DNA from: a virus
Lineage: Duplodnaviria > Heunggongvirae > Uroviricota > Caudoviricetes
Virus record (IMG/VR): IMGVR_UViG_2698536458_000009
Length of the DNA stretch: 5,927 nt
Strand: one strand, 5' to 3'
Both the position numbers and the translations under genes were made by a program. Below are positions 5,116-5,927 of the stretch, piece by piece (the first letter of the stretch is position 1; each line of letters opens with the position of its first letter). The notes under the pieces are model-generated. The model had not been told where the DNA came from. It saw only the letters and a program-made list of their open reading frames with translations, and ran no database searches.

Positions 5116-5293
5116 TCAGGCGTCAACCCACCCCGCCCCACAGAATGCAGGGCAATACTTCGAGTTACCAGACAGTGGTCAGGGGTTAAGTAGCCAGCCC
5201 GAGGCGTAAGAACATGACGGCAGGGTTCAATCTTTAACTATGCAGCAGGTTTTTTGTTCCGCCACCCCGGCGTTAAGGGGAAATGAGGTCAGC

Positions 5294-5446
5294 ATGGATA
5301 CTATCGATCTTGGCAACAACGAATCTCTGGTGTGCGGCGTGTTCCCTAACCAGGATGGAACGTTTACCGCCATGACGTATACCAAAAGCAAAACGTTTAA
5401 AACCGAATCTGGCGCGCGTTGCTGGTTAGCCAGAAACACTGACTGA
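5294..5446 (+). CDS. Small hypothetical protein, about 50 aa (MDTIDLGNNESLVCGVF...)
   Basis: The track ORF 5240..5446 has no RBS at its first ATG. The in-frame ATG at 5294 has GAGG 5 nt upstream (aaatGAGGtcagcATG). Stop TGA at 5444..5446. No family recognised. Confidence 0.45.
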   Translation: MDTIDLGNNESLVCGVFPNQDGTFTAMTYTKSKTFKTESGARCWLARNTD

Positions 5447-5457
5447 TGAGGCTGACG

Positions 5458-5823
5458 ATGGAATTTAAAGATTTACCGTCTGATGTACAGAAAACAGCAG
5501 CTCATACATTGCATTCTGTGCTGCGAGAAATCGGGAAAGATATTGCAAGCGAGCCAGCAAAAGATCTGGCCCGGAAAATCAAGACCGCTTTCGTTGAGCT
5601 TTATAATGTTGGCACTGACTCTGAAACTGTCGAGACCAAGACCGTAAGTTCACCAATATTCTCACTTGAGCCAAGCGTATTATCAGGTGAAATATGCACC
5701 GAGATTTCCAGCGAACTGCTTCCGGTAATACGAGAAGCAATTCGCCGTCGCGGTTTGGATGGAAGTTATGATCATGACGTTCTGCAAGTTCTCAGGACAA
5801 TGGTGACTTCACTGGGGATTTGA
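5458..5823 (+). CDS. Hypothetical acidic protein, about 121 aa (MEFKDLPSDVQKTAAHTL...)
   Basis: The ATG at 5458 has GAGG 6 nt upstream (tgatGAGGctgacgATG). The track's alternative ATG at 5446 overlaps the previous stop (TGATG). No family recognised. It is in the position of early-left genes of a lambdoid phage. Confidence 0.55.
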   Translation: MEFKDLPSDVQKTAAHTLHSVLREIGKDIASEPAKDLARKIKTAFVELYNVGTDSETVETKTVSSPIFSLEPSVLSGEICTEISSELLPVIREAIRRRGLDGSYDHDVLQVLRTMVTSLGI

Positions 5824-5927
5824 TCCCTGCGTCCTCTAAGCTTTTGATATAGCGGTCCTCCAAGAAGCGGTAAATTTTGTCGAAATCATCTTTTCCCTCT
5901 GGTTTATTCAGAGGATTACAGGACCCG

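Noticed and set aside
4956-5189. ORFs 4956..5141 (-) and 4995..5189 (+) spanning the 89-nt N-run
   Set aside because: More than half of each translation is X from masked bases, so they are not interpretable as genes.
5120-5293. Attempt to assign a pL-like promoter (-35/-10) upstream of the small early-left genes
   Set aside because: Only weak hexamer matches (for example TTACCA...TAAGTA around 5168..5197); not distinguishable from chance without a promoter model or transcript data.
5227-5439. Minus-strand 70-aa ORF antisense to the 50-aa small gene
   Set aside because: No RBS; overlaps a plus-strand ORF that has a good Shine-Dalgarno sequence.
1-5927. Searched for tRNA genes, an integrase, att sites and IS elements
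   Set aside because: No tRNA-like conserved motifs, no long terminal inverted repeats with transposase ORFs, and no integrase-like ORF were apparent in the unmasked sequence. The masked segments cannot be assessed.

Overview
This window looks like the immunity and replication region of a lambdoid enterobacterial prophage (Rac / O157 CP-933-like), inverted relative to the usual lambda map. All calls rest on reading the ORF translations and the DNA by eye; no database search or HMM was run, and family names are from recalled motifs. Minus strand, right to left: a Cro/YdaS-like HTH protein translationally coupled to a YdaT/CII-like protein, an O-like replication initiator with iteron clusters and an AT-rich repeat block inside the gene, a DnaC-like helicase loader, and two hypothetical proteins. 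Plus strand, divergent from the cro-like gene: a PaaR-like HTH repressor followed by a PaaA-like antitoxin and a ParE-family toxin (a three-component toxin-antitoxin operon in the cI/rex position), an intrinsic terminator, a masked segment flanked by a perfect 10-bp inverted repeat, then two small hypothetical genes. Three N-runs (1878-1964, 2087-2101, 5018-5106) hide sequence, so the DnaC-like N-terminus, the O-like C-terminus and the element at 5018-5106 cannot be resolved. The most interesting items are the three-component TA at the immunity locus and the in-gene origin architecture.
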